A stretch of 64,000 nt of DNA. Origin: Octopus sinensis (lineage: Eukaryota). Positions 1-13,570 of this stretch are shown piece by piece. Made by a program: the position numbers and the translations under genes. Each line of letters opens with the position of its first letter. Within the stretch, counting starts at the first letter, position 1. The stretch covers positions 25,730,001 to 25,794,000 of the forward strand of contig NC_043002.1 in the NCBI RefSeq assembly GCF_006345805.1, in the 5' to 3' direction. The notes under the pieces were generated by a model, which made no database searches, was not told the origin of the DNA, and saw only the letters and a list, made by a program, of their open reading frames with translations.

Positions 1-899
1 TTGTTTTGTGTAGCTCCTGATCAAGCGCAATCAAGTCAGCTATGATCAAAGACATTCCATCCGTGGCCATCTCCCCACTTTAGTAATATCTAGCACCACA
101 TTATCTAAATTAGTACCCTTTCTTTTAAGACTGTTAATTGTCAAAGTTGTTCAAGCTTCGGAACAAATGCTTTACGTATTTATTCTGGCTCCTTGCTATC
201 TGATTTCAAATCACGTCTACGCCGACTTCGTTTCTGGGTCGATAAAATAAAGTGCCAGTCTAGGGCGGAGGGTTAGTAGAATTGTTGGAGAGTGGGTGAA
301 ATGTCTTGTAGTATCTCTTCCGCTGGTTTGCGATCTGAGTTCAAATCCTACCTCCGTCTATTTAAGAGGTAGACTTACTCAGTCACCCTTTTTAAAACCA
401 CTACCTGGCCTTTGTGTACCTTAAATGAAAGTAGCAAGCATTTGAGCTAAGCTTCTAGTTTGAGAATACCTTCATCTCCCCCCTCTCTCTCTATCTCATC
501 AATCTCAGAAGTCTTTGGATGGGTCACTGAGGCTCCCATTTCTCCTGATTAAACAATAACAAAAGCGATGCGATTCGAGGAAGATTGGTCGCTGTTTCTA
601 GACGGTCGAGTGAGGTGTCTTCAAATAGTCAAAGAATGTCTACAGAGGCAAGTCTGACTTGGTACATTACATTACTTGGCACTGACACATTCTTAGTGCA
701 CATTCCAGTCTAATTTGCTAAATGGTTTGAATAACACACCTCTGTAACGTGCTTCTCATTGGCTACAACAATCAATAAGTTTTTTCTTTGTTATTTTATT
801 AATATTTGTTTTCTACCCCCACACCCCTGTGTGGGTTATTTGCTGGTACCAAAATGTCAACTATAGCGCCTTCAAGTGATCAAATATGTTATGACACTC

Positions 900-1371
900 A
901 GTCATGGATGTATATACGTCTATATGTATGCATGTATGTATGTATTCATGTATGTTTACATGTATGTAAATATGTGTTTGTATGCATATAGGTATGTGTA
1001 TATGTATGAGTGTATGAGTGTATGTATGTATTATGTATGTATTTTGTATGTATGTATGTATGTATGTATGTATGTATGTATGTATGTATGTATGTATGTA
1101 TGTAGTATGTATGCGTGCGTGTGCATATGTGCGATGTATGCTTATGTGCATATGTATGTTGTATGTATATGTATGTTTTTAAATATGTTTCTGTATGTAT
1201 GTGCATACATACACATATTAGCTTTTACTCCTGCTCCCCCCTCCCTGTATATATATATATATATACCCCACACACACACACTCACACATACACGCTCACA
1301 CTCACGCACACACATACATATATGAATGAATAAATATATGCATGTATGTAAATATGTGTATATATATATTT

Positions 1372-1405
<34 letters not shown>

Positions 1406-1560
1406 ATATATATAATATATATATATATAATATATATATACATATTTATATCAATAAGAAACAACGAAAGAAAAAACAATTCCTTCAAAGAGATGTAGAT
1501 ATACGTCCACATATATGCATGTATGTATTTCATTTAGTATATATATATATATATGTATGT
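900..1560. repeat. Compound microsatellite (TATG)n/(CA)n/(TA)n; similar tracts at about 7270-7780, 13600-13925, 23580-23715, 26460-26630, 57100-57640, 59870-60240
   Basis: Directly visible; source of the YI/HT/CV-rich pseudo-ORFs. Confidence 0.97.
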
Positions 1561-1631
1561 ATATATATTTACTTGAAAATGGATGTGTTGCGTTCAATTA
1601 AATAAAAAAGAACAACGATATATAAATATAT

Positions 1632-2552
1632 ATATATGGGTACAGGACGTCACCAGCGGTGCAAATAACATGAAATACGTAAACAACGAGAAAAATGGAA
1701 AAACAGAACAAGTAAGCACAAAGAAAGGATCCTTCATCACTTGTCGGGCGTCTATCTACTCCTCATTTCGAGCATTCAGCGACAATATGTGTTTCCAAAG
1801 ACAGTTGCTCCCATAAATTCTAAAATAAAATTTAGGATTTATGGTGGGTCAAAAGTTGGGAACAAAAAAAATGACTGTGGAGACATACAAGGAAACCGAA
1901 TGAAAACAAACATGGAGGAACGCTGGGAGAAACATTTTTTTGACAAGAGAAAAGGTAGAAGAGAGGCAAATTTCTACTCTTTTCTTCTTCCATCCTTCTT
2001 TAATTCCCTTTTTCTCCCCCTCCCTCCTTCACCGTTTTCTGTTTCTCCTTCTTCCTCTCTCTCTTTCTCTTTCTCTCTCTCTCTCGTTGCTCACACGTGA
2101 CCATCATTCATCTTTCTTTTCGTCACGTGACCATCTTTCTTTTCCTGAACGGACGTTCAAATGAATGGATGTGTTCCTTTTCACTCTCTCTTCTATCTTT
2201 TCTCTTTTCAAAAAAAAAAAAAATATTCTCTCAGCATTCACTATTTTCCTCTCATTCTGGTCTAACGTTCCTCCATGTTTGTTTTCGTCCGGTTTCCTTT
2301 ATGTCTCCACTGTCATGTTTTTGTTCCCAACTTTGACCCACCATAAATCCTAATTTTTGTTTTAGAATTTATGGGAGCAACTGTCTTTGAAGATTAATAT
2401 TGTCGTTGAATGTGCAAAATGAGGAGTAGATAGACGGCCGATAAGTGATGAAGGTTCTTTTCTCTGTGTTTACTTATCCTGTTTTCCATTTTTCTCGTTG
2501 TTCATGTATGTCATGCTATTTGCACCGTTGGAGACGTCCACTACCCATATAT
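1632..2552. repeat. Fold-back element: about 290-bp inverted arms (1632..1922 / 2266..2552) around a purine/pyrimidine-skewed spacer
   Basis: Arms read as reverse complements, e.g. ACAGTTGCTCCCATAAATTCTAAAA vs TTTTAGAATTTATGGGAGCAACTGT; the mirrored ORF text MKYVNNEKNGK / MTYMNNEKNGK confirms this. Confidence 0.85.
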
Positions 2553-3198
2553 GCATGTGTGTATATATATATATGTATACATATATGCATATATATTTTT
2601 TATTATGTATACATATATACGCATATGTAAACATATGTATATAAGCATACTTATACATAAACACATACATGTGTATGTGTCTGACCTTTCTTTCTTGGTT
2701 CGACTACCATCCGTGCAACATCTATATTCTCTCCTGTGCATGTTAAATCCTATGTCCTTGCCGTAAGGCTTTACTTCCACACACGCCAGCTTAATTTAAT
2801 TCGTCCTTAGTCGAAAAACACATGTTGTTAATGTCCTGTTAATTCCATTTGTATTTGTGTAACAGTTCTCTTTCAAGTGATCTAGTGCTCTTAGCTTAAT
2901 TTTTCCTTGGGGCTGGCCAGATTGGAGCAATCTCGAGTATACCAGGCGAAATTGCAAAGATAATATGAAACTGGACTGAGGATAGAAAACTCCGAATGAT
3001 TCGTCCTTGTTTTCCTTGTATCATATGTCGGGATATTTTGTTGTCCCTTTTTTTTTTCACCTAACTGTCTGGATGTTTTGCGTTCTTGTCCCATTTTTGT
3101 ATATTTATATATATATTTATATAAATATGTTTATGCATATATATTGCTGAAAATACATTAAAATTAACAGTATTTAACCGTTATTCCATTTCCATTAG

Positions 3199-3371
3199 AT
3201 GATCCTCGATGTGAGATTGAAACCGGACTGAATAAAGATCCAACTGATTGTAACCGTTTTATTCCATGTTATAACGGCACCTCTTATCTCTCAATGCCAT
3301 GCCAAAAGAGCCTACATTTTAATGTTGCGGAACAAAGATGTATGGAACCGGAAAAATCGGACTGTGAATAA
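3199..3371 (+). CDS. Terminal exon of a paralogous CBM14 chitin-binding gene (DPRCEIETGLNKDPTDCNRFIPCYNGTSYLSMPCQKSLHFNVAEQRCMEPEKSDCE*); 5' part presumably upstream of the window
   Basis: Acceptor TTTCCATTAG, phase 1; six Cys; TAA overlapped by AATAAA; 37/56 aa identical to the 8282..8466 exon by manual alignment. Confidence 0.85.
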
Positions 3372-5299
3372 AATGGTTCGTATTGCGTTTTAAGTAAATG
3401 TTTCCTCGAATTATGATTTCCAACTTTTAATTGCATTTAACTTAATAGAAGCAAAATGTTCCATTTAGACGGATAGAGAGTTAATTTGTATTTTTATTGT
3501 ATTAAAATGCTATTGTAAATTAGAATCGATGTGTGCTCCTCTGTCGTACACAACACATGAGGGTTCTATAATTTCCTGCTGAACAACCTGCACAGATGTT
3601 TTTTGCAGTGATCTAATGTTTGTGCTTCACATTAGCTGACTCCCTCCATCAAATTGACGTTGCATGTACAGGTGCACGGTGTACTATACGCATACGTCAA
3701 AATGATCGCAGAGCAGCGTACTCAAGAACTCCCGGCGCACGAATGTCAAGAATCGAAACCATGATCCCGTGCTCGTGAATGCAGGACCCTAACCATTGGG
3801 TCAGGTACCCTCACAAATTACAATATACTGTGTTATTGAATTTAGGGAATTTTGCTTTTATAATGGAGCACAGACATACTTTGAGATTAAATTCCACGTT
3901 CCTGTTAAAATCTTGCAATAATGCAAGATTCTGTAGCCCCAAACCTATTTTCCCATTGATTTTCATACTATAAATTAAGGTGTGAGCGTTCAGGCGGATT
4001 TTTCAAACAGATGTAATACGATCCCTTTTATGCATAAAAATATTAATTTTTAAACACTTTCAGTATAGTATGTCTACATAAAAAATTGTAGTTGAAATGA
4101 AATACATAAGCGAATAAATGAAAATCGAAGCACAGTTGTAAAATCGAAGACACTCATCACAAAAGAATTTGATTATGATTAGTAGGTGCCTTTGGGGAGG
4201 TTACTTATTTCTTTATTGCCCACAAGGGGCTAAACATAGAAGGGACAAACAAGGACAGACAAAGGGATTAAGTCGAATACATCGACCCCAGTGCGTAACT
4301 AGTACTTAATTTATCGACCCCGAAAGGATGAAAGGCAAAGTCGACCTCGGCGGAATTTGAACTCAGAACGTAACGGCAGACGAAATATCAATAAGCATTT
4401 CGCCCGGTGTGCTAACGTTTCTGCCAGCTCGCCGCCTTAAAGGAACATGCTCTCGCGTCATGTAGATCATCGCGATCAGTATCTACTGCAGGAGTGAACA
4501 ACTACATCAAGCTTGTTTGGCGTTTACTTCACACCATCTTTTATGCAACCCAAATGTTGGAACTGAGCTAATTATGTACTCTCTTTGTAACTTCATGTTA
4601 CATCCACAATTAGGTTCATTATCAGCAAAGACATATTGACCTTCCTCAATAATTACTAAACTTTCAGCCATGTCCTAACAACATTAGCCCCATTTCTCTA
4701 TAGGACCCTAGCAACTCAACCACATGATCTTCGAGTTCTTCAAACCCTACTTTATTTCCCAATGTTAGAATACCTGGACGAACATGATGTAAACTTTCTG
4801 TGGATGGAAAACTTATAAAATCGCGTATATAGCCGAGCAGTATGTATTGGCTTGGTAGCATACATTCAAAACTGAGGTTTGCTTCGCGCCATGGCTCAGT
4901 TATGATATCTATTGCATCCATAATTTTTAATTTTCTAAGAAATCCTTAACTGTAGGTTTACCATCTCCATCATTATCCTTAAGGTGTTGCTTCAAAATTT
5001 TCAGATAATATACCTTGAACTTAGCTACCACACCTTGATCTATTTGCAAGAAGTTGTGTTCTTGTGGATACATTTTATATCAGAAAAATCATTTAAGTGT
5101 ACTAGATTTTGGTGCAAAGTCTTAAAGGAGCAAAGCATTTTTAAAATGTTACACCTGGCACTGAATTTCCTATAACTGAATAAAAATGTAAGTCAATTAT
5201 GGAAAAGGTCTGTAGTTATGCAAGCCTTTATATTTAAACGCCAAACCCAGGCTGATTAAAATCCCAGCGTTTTGTAAATCATGCACAAACAAAGGCTAT

Positions 5300-5530
5300 A
5301 GATTTGTATCGCCAGCGGCGTTTCCTCTCACAAGAAGCGTAAAATGATTTTTTTGAAAGCTTTAAAGTCAACTGCTGATTTTCTTTACTAGAAATAAAAC
5401 TTCTAGTCGGCATGCGCATAGAAAAAGCGCCAGTTTCACCAGCATTAACTCTTTCAGCAATAATTTTCTTTAAGTTTTCAAGATACTTCGTAGTAACCTT
5501 TATATCATCACTGGCATCTTCACCATAAAT
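5300..5530 (-). mobile_element. Degenerate pogo/Tigger transposase fragment
   Basis: GEDASDD...LKKIIAE...GETGAFSMRMPTRSFISSKE resembles the Tigger GEAASAD...DETGLF..MP.RTFI.KEE segment. Confidence 0.6.
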
Positions 5531-6267
5531 TATATACTCCCACACATTGCGTACACACATATACACACAAACATAGGCACAAATCATTTCTAAGTACACA
5601 CGTACGTGCGCACGCATGCATGCACGCACACACACACACACACACTACATACACTACACACACACACATACACACACACACACTACATACACCACACACA
5701 CGCGCATATATTCTTACCTTTATCTGCACAACGTACAAACATACACGAACGTACAATAATTTTCTTTCCTGCGGAGTAATTTCAGACGATTTACCTATAA
5801 ATAGCAACTTACCATTAGAGCCGTTTTAACAGAATTATAGGTCCTCAGAAATAGTGATACACGGAGACCCTTTACATATAACATATAGAGATTAGTATTG
5901 AGCAACTACCTAGTGTGGCCATACCTTAATACGGCTCCGCTCGGCCACTACCACAGATTTGTATGTCACACAAACCATCACAAACATAGAGAAACACATG
6001 TATGTATGTACTAATCAACTCGACACATCCATATCCCATAGCGTAAAATACATATAACTCAACACATGAATCTAGGCATATTAACACGTAACATTTATAC
6101 ATGCCCTCATGCAACCACATGTACATGTCCATTATAAATCATACACATTCACTCGCTGAACATAAGCACAAACTAAACAAATCCATCTATCGATACATAC
6201 ATATACTCAGATATATTACAAACATACACACAAACAGACACACACGCACTTGCACACACACACACAA

Positions 6268-6961
6268 ATTTAGGTAAAAATGGCAGAGGTAAAAATGGGA
6301 CGGTAAAAATGGCAGAGGTAAAAATGGCACAAAGTAAAAAGATAGGTAAAATTAGCTCAATATGCAAGTTTTCCTCCAGAACTTTGGAACGTACATCAAG
6401 CTACCATGAATGACTGTCCAAGAACCAACAACCTATGTGAAGGCTGGAACAACAAAATCTTATCATCTTGTTGGCTACAAGCACCCATCTATCTGGAAAC
6501 TTATAAGAACGATTCAGAAAGGAGAGACTGTTATGAGTGCAGTGATAACAAGGAACTCAGTTGGTGAGCCACCCAGGAAGAACACTAAGTATATGTGGAT
6601 CAACAACAAAGACTAAATAATTTAAGCAAAGACAACATAGAAGGAAGGAAAAACCTTGATCAGGTGTTACGTGGACTTGGTTACAACATAAAATTCTAGT
6701 CATTAAATTTTGTTTTTAAAGGTTAATATAAAACGGTGTTCTCAAGTCTAAACATATTTGATTTTATTATAATTTCATAAATTTTAAATGTATAAATCTA
6801 TAACAAGAAATGGAGATTTTACAGGTATATGATATATTAAGAAAATAGATTTTATTAAAAAACAGTTTTTAAATTAGACAAACTTTATTATACTTCTTTT
6901 GCCAATAGTGTATTTTTCAATAAGCTAATTGTGCTATTTTTACCTGTGCCATTACAACCGT

Positions 6962-6963
<2 letters not shown>
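6268..6963 (+). mobile_element. Mutator-like (MULE) deletion derivative
   Basis: Subterminal tandem GGTAAAAATGGCA(C/G)A repeats on the left and their reverse complement on the right (GTGCTATTTTTACCTGTGCCATTAC). The internal peptide GYKHPSIWKLIRTIQ resembles the MULE transposase HPxIWK motif. Confidence 0.6.
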
Positions 6964-6999
<36 letters not shown>

Positions 7000-7284
7000 A
7001 CACGAAACTCTCGGCCCATGAGTCACTCTGGTACTTCTACCGAATATTGGCTTCAAATTTTGGCATAAGACCGGCAATTGCGGAGGAGGTGGTAAGTCGA
7101 TTACATCGGTCCTAGTGCTCAATTGGTACTTATTTTATCGACCTCGAACGGATGAAAGGCAAAGTCGACCTCAGCGGAACTGAATTTGAACTCAGAACGT
7201 GCAAACGGACGAAATGCCGCTACGCATCTTGCCTGTCGTGCTAACGATTCTGCCACCTCGTCAACTTACTTCTGACGAATATTA

Positions 7285-7369
<85 letters not shown>

Positions 7370-7573
7370 GCTTGTTGTGTTAACTATAATGTTCTCAAAA
7401 TATTTTTTTCAGGCAATACTTCTCGATGGTTCCATGATGGCATAACAGATTTGTGGTTTACTAATTTCCAAATTATCTAAAACCAAAAAACACTGAAGAT
7501 AAATGAATAAAACAACTTTAAACCATGAACAAACGTTTTATTAGTTTTCATTTCCTGTACTTATGTGTGTGTT

Positions 7574-7612
<39 letters not shown>

Positions 7613-7648
7613 TCAATGTATGTATGTATGTATGTATGTATGTATACA

Positions 7649-7697
<49 letters not shown>

Positions 7698-8281
7698 TAT
7701 ATATATATAATATATATATATATAATATATGTATATGTGTGTATGTGTGTGTATGTGCGTGTGTGTGTGAGAGAGAAAGAGAAAGTGAAAAATATTTATT
7801 CTCAGATTAATATGTAACAGGCACATCGTACCACCTTAGATCGGTTTCTTGTATTTGAATATCGGTTTTTATTACCAAGAGACATATTTTTATATGCTTT
7901 GTCATTTGTTTAATAATGAAACACATTTTGGATTAAGGTATTTGAAACAAATCTCTAAATTTCTTTATTTAATGCAACAGCAACTACCATTAATTAATTA
8001 AAACGTAGTTATCAAGTTAAAATGTTTTTTTAGACTAAGAAGAGTACAAAATGTTCTCAGTGTGGAATAAGTTGTTTTTGCTTGAAGAGAAATCTAACGC
8101 TTCGGAAAGAATTTATTCACCAGTTGCTCGTAAATCTCATCACCCTTTGACAGAGAGTTCTGACTGAAATATCAAACTCCTCTTTTTCACAACAAACTAA
8201 TTTATTCCTCTTTGTAAAACTTTTGTATTAACTCTTTGCCAACAGAAGGCATCACTAGTTTCTCTTGAATCTTCTCCATGA

Positions 8282-8466
8282 CTATGAGGTATACAGCTGA
8301 CAGTTACTTTCTTCGGGTTCCATACATCTTTGGTGCTCGATGCTGAAATGAAGATCCTTTTGACACGGCATGGAAGGATATGAAGCACCGTCAAAACAGG
8401 GTATAAAACGGCCACAGTCTTGCGGGTCGTAGTTTAGTCCAGTGTCGTTTTTACAGAGCGGATCAT
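8282..8466 (-). CDS. Same chitin-binding gene, exon 2 (terminal): second CBM14 domain (DPLCKNDTGLNYDPQDCGRFIPCFDGASYPSMPCQKDLHFSIEHQRCMEPEESNCQLYTS*)
   Basis: Acceptor TTTTCTTTTCCAG, phase 1 matching exon 1; six Cys; TAG at 8282-8284; AATAAA at 8201-8206 (minus). Joined CDS is 471 nt (156 aa). Not in the ORF track. An extra middle exon cannot be excluded. Confidence 0.85.
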
Positions 8467-8759
8467 CTGGAAAAGAAAATTAAAAATGATATAAGGAAAA
8501 TATTTCATGAATGTTGAGTTAATAGAAATATCGATAAAATGCACACGGTATCTTTGGTAATAATCATCGCATTTATTCACACTATGTAGATTGTTGTAAT
8601 CATTTAGCTGCAGCTCAGCTCTGATCAAGCGTATCCCAGCCATTAACATACCGTCATTATTTTTGAGGTAGCAAGGACTACATATCAATCTACATGTCAA
8701 CGACCCCAATAAATTTAACCGATTCGACCATCGGGCACCCCACAATTCTGTCAAGCAGT

Positions 8760-11700
8760 ACGGCTCTGCCTCTCCAGGTGCCGAGCTGCAGGACAGCCAG
8801 CTTTCCCTGATTAAATTTTGTTCCTGTTATAGCTTCGTACTACTTCGAAGTTTTGTCTTTCACCTCGATATGATTGCTATCCATCACTGTTACAATGACG
8901 TCATCTGCGTATGCGGACATCTCTGCCACATTCTAGTTCATGCGAAATGCTTCTCGAAACATCCGACTCACGTAGCGCCAGTACGTACAAAAGAGGCGAG
9001 AGCTAGCAGCCCTGACGGGCCAAATGCATAATACTAAACGGTTCTGATAGCAATTTACTTTCTTTACTGAGCAGATGTCACTGTACAGCCACCTAACCTA
9101 TGAAGACGTAACCGAACCCAACTGCCACGAGGACAATCACCAAGTATTGAGAGTCGACAAACTAAAGCTTTCGACTTATCTAAATTGATCCGGACCTTAC
9201 CCGTGCCTGGTTATTTATCCGCTCTTTCTATGGTGTTTCGCGTGAGATGGAGGTTGTGGGTAGATCTACTTTGGTTGGCACATATCTTTGCTTCACCTAC
9301 CAGAGTGTCAGTGTGACAAACGTCAACCTCTTAGCTAACATCTTGGCCAAAATCTTTAACTCTGCTATATGCAGTCATGTGTCTGAAGTTGTTAAGATCA
9401 TTTCTGTTGTTCGGATCATTTCTGAACAGAACCATCATATCTCGTTTCGCAGGACTACGAATTCTCCCGTTCTATTGACAGTTGCAGTAGACATCTTCCA
9501 AGCGGCCCCAAACAAGCCTGACATATGAAGATGATACTCGTAGTGTAGACCAACCAGATTCAGCCACCGCTATCTCGTGCAGTCAGCCATTGCTTCCCGG
9601 ACTTCATCAGCTATTATTGGCATTTCACAGAACTACGCATCACTAGCTGAGAGCCGCGGCATGTCGTATTCGGCGGTAAAGTCAACCCCCGTCTTTGACT
9701 CACCACGAACGGTAGAAAGACCGTAGATACCTGCTTTGAATCGAATAGTACGCACCCCTCCTGATCTGTCAAAGTCCAAATTGTGGCCTTGTTCTTACGT
9801 TGCGACTCTGCCATCTGGCCCCATCAAACAACTTTTATTTCCTCATATTTTAGAGCTCGTGCCTTAGTCTGACAGTGTAACCTTCGTGTTTCGCGTTGAA
9901 GAATTAGTCAAACGTCAATCTCGCTGTCAGTACGTCAGTCATATTGCCTTTTCAAGGGTCTTAACAAGCTCTCCCTCAACTCTAGAATCGTCTATCACTA
10001 TTTATTTACTAAATATTATCGTCTCTTATCTAAAAGCCCTTTGTAGGAATAATCATCTTCGGTTGTTGACAACAGCCCCAGTCAATGACGCTGGGCTTCC
10101 TAATATCAGGCGAGAAAGTCTCTTTCTATCTATATTTGTTGGTAGCTTTACTCATTTCATTTCTCCGAGACTTTCACTTATTTTTATTGACAGCTACATC
10201 CTGCTTTATGTCACCACTTTGTAATATGTAAGACAATTCATTATTTTTTCTTACAAGCACGAAGTTGGATGTGGGTGAAGTTTGTTGTTGCTGTGGGTGG
10301 AGCTATGTACTCAATTGGTACTTTTTGTTATGATTTTTGTTGAGTTTGAGTGTTTCTCTGCTAGTTTTTCTCTCGAGTGCTCGTTCTTGTCTCGTTTGTG
10401 CGTTTTATTATTGTTGTTGTTGTTGTTGTTAGTGGAAGAGGTGGTAGTGATTCGTCTGAGGTTGATATTGGATTGGTACTGTTTTGTGTTTTGTTCCTTT
10501 TCTTTTTATTTTACTTTTTCCAGTTATTCCGTTTCTTACTCCTTACTCCTCATCACCAGGGGTATGTTTAGTTTACTTCGACTTGGAGGGGGCAAGGGCA
10601 TGGATTTTGTGTGTACATGTCCATGTTTGTGGATGTAGGTGGGGAAGGAATAGGAGCAGAAGGCAAGTGCCTTGGTTTGGGATATTTCCTGGTCAGTTAT
10701 TTTGTTATAGTCATAACTTTTCGCCACTCAGTTGCTGACGAGATTGATATTGATGTTATTGTTCCTACTGCTGTTGTTGATGTTGGCCCAGATGCTATTA
10801 TTATAGCCCCTGTTTTCTACGTTACTACTTCTATCGTTGCACATAATTCTTATTGCAGCAATGTCTGCAGTAGTGAAGCCTTCTTTCCTATTTCCTGTTT
10901 GGCTGTGTGGGAAGGACCCTCTGAGATAGTTAATTGTTCCACAGACATAGCATATCGGTTATCTTCCTTGTACAATTACTCGTAATTCCACCCAATTCGG
11001 TATGGACATGAGGTCAGGGATCCTTTCCAGACGCCCAGGCTTCACACGGAGAAGCTCCTGTGTGATCCTAAACTAGTTCTCCTGCATCATTTTCTTCATA
11101 TTCAGTGAAATTTTGCTCCCCTCTAACACAATGCATGCCAGTATCCATCAGGGTAGCTCTGAAGGGACTGTTACCTTCACACTACTTCTTTCCAAATATG
11201 ACTGGAAGAGGGCGAAATCCTTACAGCGACAGGTGATCACTGAATGTTTACTGCGAGGTCATTAATCTTAAATAGGACCTCGATCCCTCCGAACTGCCTT
11301 GCCATAGATATATGTTCGATGTTCTGTCACACATCACGGAGTGCCTTTCTACTCGTGCGCTTGTGGCCATCTCCAGGTGACGACTTTTAATCTTATTTAA
11401 CGATATATGACAGTATCCCAAGCAGTGACAAGAAGAATTTCAGAACGGGGCGCAAGTATTGTCCTTCTCTCCTCCCCTTTCTTAAATCGAATGGCGTCTT
11501 CTAATTGCTCCCTTAGAGAAAATATCTCAGCAAAAGAAGCTTTGCTATTGCTGATGTTGGTAGTGTTGCTATTGCTGCCTCTGCTACTACTGTCACTGCC
11601 ACTGTTGCTGCTTTCGTTGTTATCTTCAGTGACTTTACCACTGCTGATACTGTTGCTTTTGCTATCATTGCTACTGCTGTTGTTGTTTTTGTTAACGCTG

Positions 11701-12100
11701 TTGATGTTGTTCTTTTTGCTGTTTTTCTTGTTTTCCGCTATATCAGTGGTGCAATTTTTTTGAACTTTGAATTTTCAATGATAAAACCTTCCACCCCACT
11801 TTTATGAGTAGAATGCCATTTTCACTACCATTACTGCTGCTGTTGTTGCTTTTGTTGTTGTTGTTGATGTTAGTGGTGGTGTGGTGGTGCTACTGTTGTT
11901 TGCCGCAGTAGCAATGGTGCAATTATTTGGACTTTGAACTTTCAACGTTTGAAAAATGTTATTCTCCCTTTCATGAGGAAAGTGAAGGGGAGAGACACGT
12001 TCATCACCTGTAATTTGCGACTTACCTCCTACCTCTCCATTCAGCTTGCTGACTTTGGATGCCGACGCCATGTTTGTCAAAGATACGTTTTTCAAAATAA
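8760..12100 (-). mobile_element. Degenerate Tx1/L1-like non-LTR retrotransposon in the chitin-gene intron
   Basis: Minus-strand RT remnants AELKILAKMLAKRL, ARQGC-LSPLLYVLAL and SAYADDV (8900-8911); upstream zinc-knuckle-like CYVCG (about 10938-10952). Many stops, frameshifts and deletions; 5' boundary uncertain. Confidence 0.75.
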
Positions 12101-13234
12101 AATCTGAGAATTTTTTTTTTTAGCAAATTTGAGCCCCAAAAGGAGTGATAAAGAAAAAAGCCAACCAGCCCTGGGAGTTTTGGTTGGTTTAAACAAAAGT
12201 TATGTATAAAAATTTCAACTTTTGACATATAAACAATTTTTGAACCGCTAAACTCGAAGTGACTTGAAGTGACTCGAAGTGACTTGTTCCCGACGCTACA
12301 CTCAAAAATAATATATTATAGAATGATAACAGGGTAACGCCGTTAATTTTTAAATTTTACAAAAGTTTTTTTAAAGCTCTTTTCCTTAAGCGATTTCTGA
12401 AATTAAAAAAAAAAAATCTAAAAAAGTTTTCACCTTGTCACTTTTTCTTGTCTTGTTCTTAACTTCCTTTAACTTCGACGTCAACCTGTTGTCTTACTAT
12501 ATATAACCATGTTGCCTGAGATACACCAGCACATTACAAAAATAATATTAAAAAAATAATTGTTCCAAATTTTGATACAGGGCCAAAATTTTAGGTAAGT
12601 GGATAATCCATTGCACCGACCCTAGTGCTTGCTTGTTACTTATTTTATCGACCTTGAAGGGATGAAAGGCAAAGTTAACTTGGCAGGGCTTGAACTCAGA
12701 AAGTAAAGAACTAGAACAAATACCACTAAATATTTTCCCCGGTGCTCCACAAATTCTGCTAATCTACCTCTCTTATGGTTTCTAATTTAACTAGCAATTT
12801 TGAGGTCAGGGTGTTTGTAATTAAATCAACCTCAATACTTGAGTCGTACTTTATTTCCTCGACTCCAAAAGCATGGAAGACAAAGAACAAAGAAAGACAG
12901 TTGTGGGATGGTACAGTCAATTAGGTCGGCCGAGTAGTTTACTGGTACATATTTTATCGACCCTGGAAGCACAGATTGTAATGCAATTCCTCTGGTTTTA
13001 AAACTCAGTTCATAAATATTGCAAGATTCCATCCTCTTTAGCTCAATTTCTAACAATAAAGATTTTTAACATCATTACTGATAGGCTGAAAGACCAGCAT
13101 CATCATCCGCTGCATATTAGAGATAAAGCCGAAAAACACATGCACGTGCGCATCGTCTCCGGTCTCAAATAGGGAGCATTTAGTAATGTGTAGCTCATCG
13201 TGTATAAGTATAAACATCTCTCTCTGATGTGGAA

Positions 13235-13570
13235 GCGTGTGGCTTGGTGGTTAGAGTATTCGGTTCAATATCGTAAGGACGTGAGTTCGATTACTGGCGG
13301 CGCGTTGTGTCCTTGGGCAAGGCACTTTATTTGCAGGTTGCTTCAGTCCACTCAGCTGGCAAAAATGAGGTGTGTCTGCAGTTCAAAGGTCTAGCTATGT
13401 TATAGTCTGTATCACATTCTGCGTCATGCTGAATCTCCCTGGGAGCTACGTTAAAGGTGCGCGTGTCTGTGGAGTGCTCAGCTGCATGCATGATAATTTC
13501 ACGAGCAAGTTGTTCCGTTGAATCGGATCCTCTGGAGCGCTTACCGTCGTAACCGACGGAATGCCAGTTA
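13235..13570 (+). mobile_element. tRNA-derived SINE (family D); related copies about 19717..19940 and 59640..59830
   Basis: GCGTGTGGCTTGGTGGTTAGAG...GAGTTCGATT head and GTGTCCTTGGGCAAGGCACTTTAT...CCACTCAGCTG body. Confidence 0.75.

Noticed and set aside
806-1605. Many 60-190 aa ORFs rich in YI, HT, CV, MYVC (also at about 7500, 13300-14100, 23460, 26420, 57040, 59230-60280)
   Set aside because: They are translations of microsatellites, with no splice or domain support.
4664-4921. ORF ending ...VELLGSYREMG, faintly like a DNA-transposon protein
   Set aside because: Only a few residues of resemblance and no continuing motif; cannot be assigned without a search.
11407-11763. Leu-rich 118-aa ORF resembling a membrane protein
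   Set aside because: Antisense reading of (CTG/TTG)n low-complexity sequence in the LINE ORF1 region.
12252-12286. 10-bp tandem ACTCGAAGTG/ACTTGAAGTG repeats
   Set aside because: No spacers, so not CRISPR-like; probably the 5' end of the adjacent LINE relic.
12325-12337. GATAACAGGGTAA, 13 contiguous nt of the I-SceI homing-endonuclease site
   Set aside because: The flanking positions do not match and there is no intron or endonuclease context; treated as chance.
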